DNA of 64,000 nt from the NCBI GenBank assembly GCA_040876345.1, contig JBBDPM010000001.1, forward strand, positions 33,619-97,618, read 5' to 3'. The notes under the pieces are model-generated. The model worked only from the letters and a program-made list of their open reading frames with translations. It ran no database searches and was not told where the DNA came from. The stretch comes from Candidatus Woykebacteria bacterium (GTDB lineage Bacteria; Patescibacteriota; Microgenomatia; Woykebacterales; RBG-16-39-9b). Of the stretch, positions 59,621 to 64,000 are shown piece by piece; positions within the stretch are counted from its first letter, which is position 1; every line of letters starts with the position of its first letter. A program made the position numbers and the translations under genes.

Positions 59621-61105
59621 ATGGATCCTGCATTAATGGCAGTCGGAGCCCTGGTAGTTGGGGCGGTGGTAGGGTTTGCATATCAAAACTTTGTTAAGAA
59701 GCAAACCCCGCAAAAATCTTCGGAAAAAGTAAGTTCAACTGAATCTTCCACAAAAGAGATAATAATCGAAGCAAAGGATGAGGCTTATAAAATTAAGCGT
59801 GAAGCTGAGGAAGAAGCCCGTAAAATTCGGGAAGAAGTAATAAAGCTTGAAGCAAGATTAGCCTCTCAAGAAGAAAATATCGAAAGAAAAACGGGTGAAA
59901 TTGAGCAAAAGGAAAAAACTCTAACAAATAATCTAGATGAGGCAGAGAAAACAAGAGCCGAGCTTGTCACAAAATTGGAAAAGGTAGCTGGAGTCACCAG
60001 AGAAGAGGCAAAAAAGCTCATTGTTGATGCCACCGAATCTCACCTGAAAGAAGAAATCTCCAGAAGAATCAAAGAGGCTGAAGAGCAGATAAAGAAAGAG
60101 TCGAGTGAAAAAGCCAAGAACATTCTTATTGATGCGATGCAGCATGGGGCGACAGATTACGTGGCAGAATACACCACAAGTACCATGAAACTTACTGATG
60201 ATGACATGAAAGGCCGAATTATTGGTAAGGAAGGAAGAAATATAAAGGCCTTTGAGGTCGCAACCGGGGTTGATGTTGATCTGGACGATCCTGGTATTGT
60301 GCGGCTTTCTTCATTTGATGGGGAGCGAAGAGAAGTTGCCAAAGTTAGCCTTGAGAAGCTTATGGCTGATGGTCGGATTCAACCAACAAGAATTGAGGAA
60401 GTGGTGGAGAGGGTCCGTAAAGAATTTGAAAGGATACGACGTGAAGAAGGGGAAAAACTTGCAAACGAAGTCGGTGCTCCTAATCTGCCACTTGAGATAT
60501 TAGAAACTTTGGGAAGGTTCAAATGGCGTTTTTCCTACGGACAGAATCTTTGGCTTCACACTTTGGAAGAGACAAAAATCGGTATGGCAATTGCTAGAGA
60601 AGTTGGAGCGGACGTTAACATTGTCCGTCTTGGTTGTCTGTTCCACGATATTGGTAAAGTATTTACCCCAGAGCAAGAAGGTACTCATGTTCAGGTCGGA
60701 GCAGATTTTCTAAAAAAGTTCAAGTTTGACCAAAGAGTTTCGGCAGCCGTCGAAGAACACCATGAGGATAAGCCATTTTCTGGGGTCGAGTCGGTGATTG
60801 TCTGGATCGCTGATGCCATATCTGGTTCTAGGCCAGGAGCAAGGCACGAGGCAATAGAAGATTACATCAAGCGAGTTACCGAGATAGAAAATGTGGCCAG
60901 TTCCTTCCGAGGTGTAGAAAAGTCTTTCGCCATTGCGGCCGGCCGTGAAGTGCGGGTAATCGTCATTCCGGAGCAAATAAGCGATGCCGATCTTACAAAA
61001 CTTGCCCATGATGTTGCCAATAAAATCCACGATTCGATAACTTATCCAGGGCAAGTCAAAGTGACGGTGGTTCGCGAGACCCGAGCTGAGTCAGTAGCCA
61101 GATAG
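59621..61105 (+). CDS. rny: Ribonuclease Y
   Basis: N-terminal TM, coiled coil, KH motif KGRIIGKEGRNI, HD motif HDIGK. Confidence 0.97.
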   Translation: MDPALMAVGALVVGAVVGFAYQNFVKKQTPQKSSEKVSSTESSTKEIIIEAKDEAYKIKREAEEEARKIREEVIKLEARLASQEENIERKTGEIEQKEKTLTNNLDEAEKTRAELVTKLEKVAGVTREEAKKLIVDATESHLKEEISRRIKEAEEQIKKESSEKAKNILIDAMQHGATDYVAEYTTSTMKLTDDDMKGRIIGKEGRNIKAFEVATGVDVDLDDPGIVRLSSFDGERREVAKVSLEKLMADGRIQPTRIEEVVERVRKEFERIRREEGEKLANEVGAPNLPLEILETLGRFKWRFSYGQNLWLHTLEETKIGMAIAREVGADVNIVRLGCLFHDIGKVFTPEQEGTHVQVGADFLKKFKFDQRVSAAVEEHHEDKPFSGVESVIVWIADAISGSRPGARHEAIEDYIKRVTEIENVASSFRGVEKSFAIAAGREVRVIVIPEQISDADLTKLAHDVANKIHDSITYPGQVKVTVVRETRAESVAR

Positions 61106-61184
61106 ACTGCAGCGTGGGCTCGGCTATGGCTAAGTGCTTTCCTAAATAGATACAAAAATCTTTGGTTTGTAAACGCAGAATTTT

Positions 61185-61976
61185 ATGAAAATCTTATTAA
61201 TCGGAGACATTGTTGCAAAACCTGGTCGCGAAGCGGTTAAAGAAGTCCTTCCAGGGTTAATTAAGAAAGAAAAAATCGATTTGGTGGTCGCTAATATTGA
61301 AAATCTTACTCACGGTAAAGGAGCGACGAAAGAAAAGGTGGAAGAGATGAGGGAGGCAGGAGCTGATATTTTCACTTCCGGTAATCACATCTGGTTTAGA
61401 AAAGAGTTTGTTGAGGTATTAAATAACGACCCAACCGTAATCCGGCCGGCAAATTACCCAGGAGATAACCCTGGATTTGGTTTTACCTATGCAAGTGTGG
61501 GGAAAGAAAAAGTTTTGGTCATTAATTTAATCGGTCGGCAGTGGATTGATGAACCAATCGATGATCCCTACCGGACGATAGACGCTCTATTACTTGATCA
61601 AGTTGAAAAAGAAAAACCCACAGCGATAGTTGTCGATTTTCATGCAGAGGCAACCAGTGAAAAGAACGCCCTTGGTTGGTTTCTTGATGGTAGGGTCAGT
61701 GCTATACTTGGCACCCACACCCATATACCAACAGCCGATCAATGGATTTTACCAAAAGGAACAGCGTTTGTTACTGATGTAGGTATGTCTGGCGCGCTCC
61801 ACTCGGTTTTAGGAGTTGAGCCCTCAATAATAATCGCAAAGCAAAAGAATCCGGGACCTTCTAAATTTGAATGGGTGGAGACTGGGCCAAGAGTGTTCAG
61901 GTCGGTTTTAATAGAGACAGATAAAAAAGGGCTTGCAAAATCAATCAAAAGGGTAGATAAATTATTAGGAGCGTAG
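61185..61976 (+). CDS. ymdB: YmdB-family metallophosphoesterase
   Basis: GDIV, TSGNH, DFHAEATSEK, GTHTH. Confidence 0.93.
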   Translation: MKILLIGDIVAKPGREAVKEVLPGLIKKEKIDLVVANIENLTHGKGATKEKVEEMREAGADIFTSGNHIWFRKEFVEVLNNDPTVIRPANYPGDNPGFGFTYASVGKEKVLVINLIGRQWIDEPIDDPYRTIDALLLDQVEKEKPTAIVVDFHAEATSEKNALGWFLDGRVSAILGTHTHIPTADQWILPKGTAFVTDVGMSGALHSVLGVEPSIIIAKQKNPGPSKFEWVETGPRVFRSVLIETDKKGLAKSIKRVDKLLGA

Positions 61977-62054
61977 CGACCAGAAGGATAGGGTAGATAG
62001 AAATTTCCTGGTCATAAATTGGAACTATTTAACATCGAGGGGAGGTGAAAGAAA

Positions 62055-62330
62055 TTGCTCAAAGCAGATATTATTGAAAAAGTAGCAAAGGAAGCCCACT
62101 TAACTAAAAAAGCTGCCAAAGATGCAGTGGACGCAACTTTTGATACAGTCAACACCGCCCTAAAAAAAGGAGAAAAGGTGGTACTTTCAGGCTTTGGTAC
62201 CTTCATAATCCGGGGTAGAAAAGCTAGAGTCGGTCGAAATCCAAAGACGGGTAGTACAATTCAACTTCCGCAGATGAATACAATTGGGTTTCTTGCCTCA
62301 AAGTCTATGAAGAAATCAGTCCGCAAGTAA
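62055..62330 (+). CDS. hup: DNA-binding protein HU
   Basis: GFGTF, GRNPKTG; TTG start with GGAGG. Confidence 0.95.
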   Translation: MLKADIIEKVAKEAHLTKKAAKDAVDATFDTVNTALKKGEKVVLSGFGTFIIRGRKARVGRNPKTGSTIQLPQMNTIGFLASKSMKKSVRK

Positions 62331-62364
62331 CTTAATGGGCCTACCGTGCGATTCTCTAAAAGTT

Positions 62365-63528
62365 ATGGCAAAACTTAAATATTTTATTATCACATTTGGC
62401 TGTCAGCAAAATATGGCCGATTCTGAGCGTGTCGCCGGCGCATATGAATCGCGTAATTTTGTGAAGGCGCTTTCTTTAGAAAAGGCAGATCATATCGTAA
62501 TCAATACTTGTATGGTACGCCAACACGCTGAGGATAAGGTCTACGGCATTATGCAGAAATTAAAACCACTGAAAGAGGCGAACCCCAACTTTAAGTTAGT
62601 AGTTACTGGCTGTTTGGTGGGAGCAATGGCCCGTGATCCAAGCGGTAAAATGTATAAAATAATGAAGGCGAGACTGCCTTTGGTAGATGAGTTTTTGCCC
62701 ATAGATGAGGTTGGTTTTGACGTCCCGATAAAAAGAGAAGATAAAGAGCATGCGTGGGTGGTAATTTCCCAAGGCTGCAATAACTTCTGTACTTTTTGTA
62801 TTGTTCCTTTTACCCGGGGGCGAGAAATTTCTCGTCCATGGGCTGACATAATAAATGAGGTCGATGATCTTAAATCTAAGGATTACAAAAGGGTGACTTT
62901 GCTTGGGCAAAACGTGAATTCGTACGGTGCAGATTTTGTAAAAGAGTCTCTCAGAGACGGTTTTTACCAGTTGCCGGATGGCAGAGCAGTCCTTCCAGTT
63001 ATGGTTAAAATGTCCATGGGTCGCAAAAGAATCCCCACCATTTTCCCTTATCTTTTAGAAGAGGTGGTCAAAAAAGGTTTTGAAAAAGTATCGTTTCTTT
63101 CCAGTAACCCTTGGGATTTTTCGGATGAGCTGGTAGATGTTATTTCAAGAAACAACAATATAGATCGTTACATTCATCTGCCGGTGCAGTCTGGAGACGA
63201 TGCTATTTTGCGAAAGATGAACCGCTGGTATACGTCCGAAGAATATAAAGATTTAGTTAGGAGGATTCGGGCGAAAGTCGAAAACGTTGAAATTGGCACA
63301 GATTTGATTGTTGGTTTCCCTGGAGAGACAGAGGAGCAGTTTAATAATACGATGAGACTTGCAAAAGAAATTGGCTGGGCAGTTGCTTATATTGGTATGT
63401 ACTCGCCTCGCTCTGGAACAGCCTCCCACAAAAATTTTCCAGATGAAGTCACACGAGCTGAGAAACTGCGCCGTTTTCACATCCTAGATGACCTAATCAA
63501 CAAACAAAAAGTTGGAGTACCTTCCTAA
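62365..63528 (+). CDS. miaB: MiaB-like radical SAM methylthiotransferase lacking the TRAM domain
   Basis: TFGCQQN, NTC, GC; CNNFCTFC; VGFPGET. Confidence 0.85.
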   Translation: MAKLKYFIITFGCQQNMADSERVAGAYESRNFVKALSLEKADHIVINTCMVRQHAEDKVYGIMQKLKPLKEANPNFKLVVTGCLVGAMARDPSGKMYKIMKARLPLVDEFLPIDEVGFDVPIKREDKEHAWVVISQGCNNFCTFCIVPFTRGREISRPWADIINEVDDLKSKDYKRVTLLGQNVNSYGADFVKESLRDGFYQLPDGRAVLPVMVKMSMGRKRIPTIFPYLLEEVVKKGFEKVSFLSSNPWDFSDELVDVISRNNNIDRYIHLPVQSGDDAILRKMNRWYTSEEYKDLVRRIRAKVENVEIGTDLIVGFPGETEEQFNNTMRLAKEIGWAVAYIGMYSPRSGTASHKNFPDEVTRAEKLRRFHILDDLINKQKVGVPS

Positions 63529-63636
63529 GAAAACCTTCAAAGAGGTTTGCTTGGGAAGTGGCCCGATATTGTCAGTCCTTTGAATTGAAATTTAGAGGTG
63601 GGGAAAGTGGGAGTGAACTCGTATAGTCGTGTATTA

Positions 63637-63990
63637 TCACCCCTGACTAATCCTTGATCTCGCAGCCTCAATGAATTCTTTTAAAATCGTTCCTGTTTTT
63701 CCAAAGTCTTCATTATTAAACATCTGATGTATTTCGTTAGTAACCGCTGTGGATCCAGGTACCAGTGCTAGTTCTAACTCTCTAAGCAATCTACCCATAG
63801 TTTCTTTGCTCATCTCCCTTTCAACTAAATTTCCACTCGCATCAGTCCCCATTACATCCTCTACAAATAATTTACTTTGTTTTGCTAAACCTTCTTTAAC
63901 AGTGTGATCTATCGATTTTTCCTTCTTAGGGATTTGTAGGCCCTCATCTGGGAGGTTTACAGCCATTGGTTTCTCAGAGTGCAAACCCAT
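63637..63990 (-). CDS. Hypothetical protein (may extend beyond the window)
   Basis: 117 aa ORF. Confidence 0.5.
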   Translation of the reverse strand: MGLHSEKPMAVNLPDEGLQIPKKEKSIDHTVKEGLAKQSKLFVEDVMGTDASGNLVEREMSKETMGRLLRELELALVPGSTAVTNEIHQMFNNEDFGKTGTILKEFIEAARSRISQG

Positions 63991-64000
63991 ATCTTCGGGA

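Overview
Chromosomal window from a CPR/Patescibacteria-like bacterium. This is inferred from the missing rpmD/L30 between rpsE and rplO, many apparently leaderless genes and short intergenic spaces; TGA is used as stop, so code 11. 1-27.3 kb is core: 3' part of rpoC, cyclophilin, malic enzyme-GDH, the str, S10, spc and alpha clusters, rplM-rpsI. 55.6-64 kb is also core: recA, recX, rny, ymdB, HU, miaB. Between them is a ~28 kb accessory region around a tRNA-Pro(GGG) gene (37656-37730). The main observation is that downstream of this tRNA ten gene cassettes (0.5-4.3 kb) are each closed by a direct repeat ending in the tRNA's own 3' end (CCGACCA; CCAACCA and GCGACCA in two copies). On the minus strand nine of these repeats encode a start-less ~31-36 aa peptide, consensus WSALLDD(I/L)RNLWPxxNSFDFSxxNLxRF*, conserved at the protein level. 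Most cassettes also begin with an inverted copy of the tRNA T-arm and carry a shared back-to-back -10 promoter module. Decayed inverted copies of the same elements lie upstream of the tRNA. No integrase is present in the window. The working hypothesis is an integron-like, tRNA-anchored cassette array built by a trans-acting recombinase whose gene is split by its own attP.
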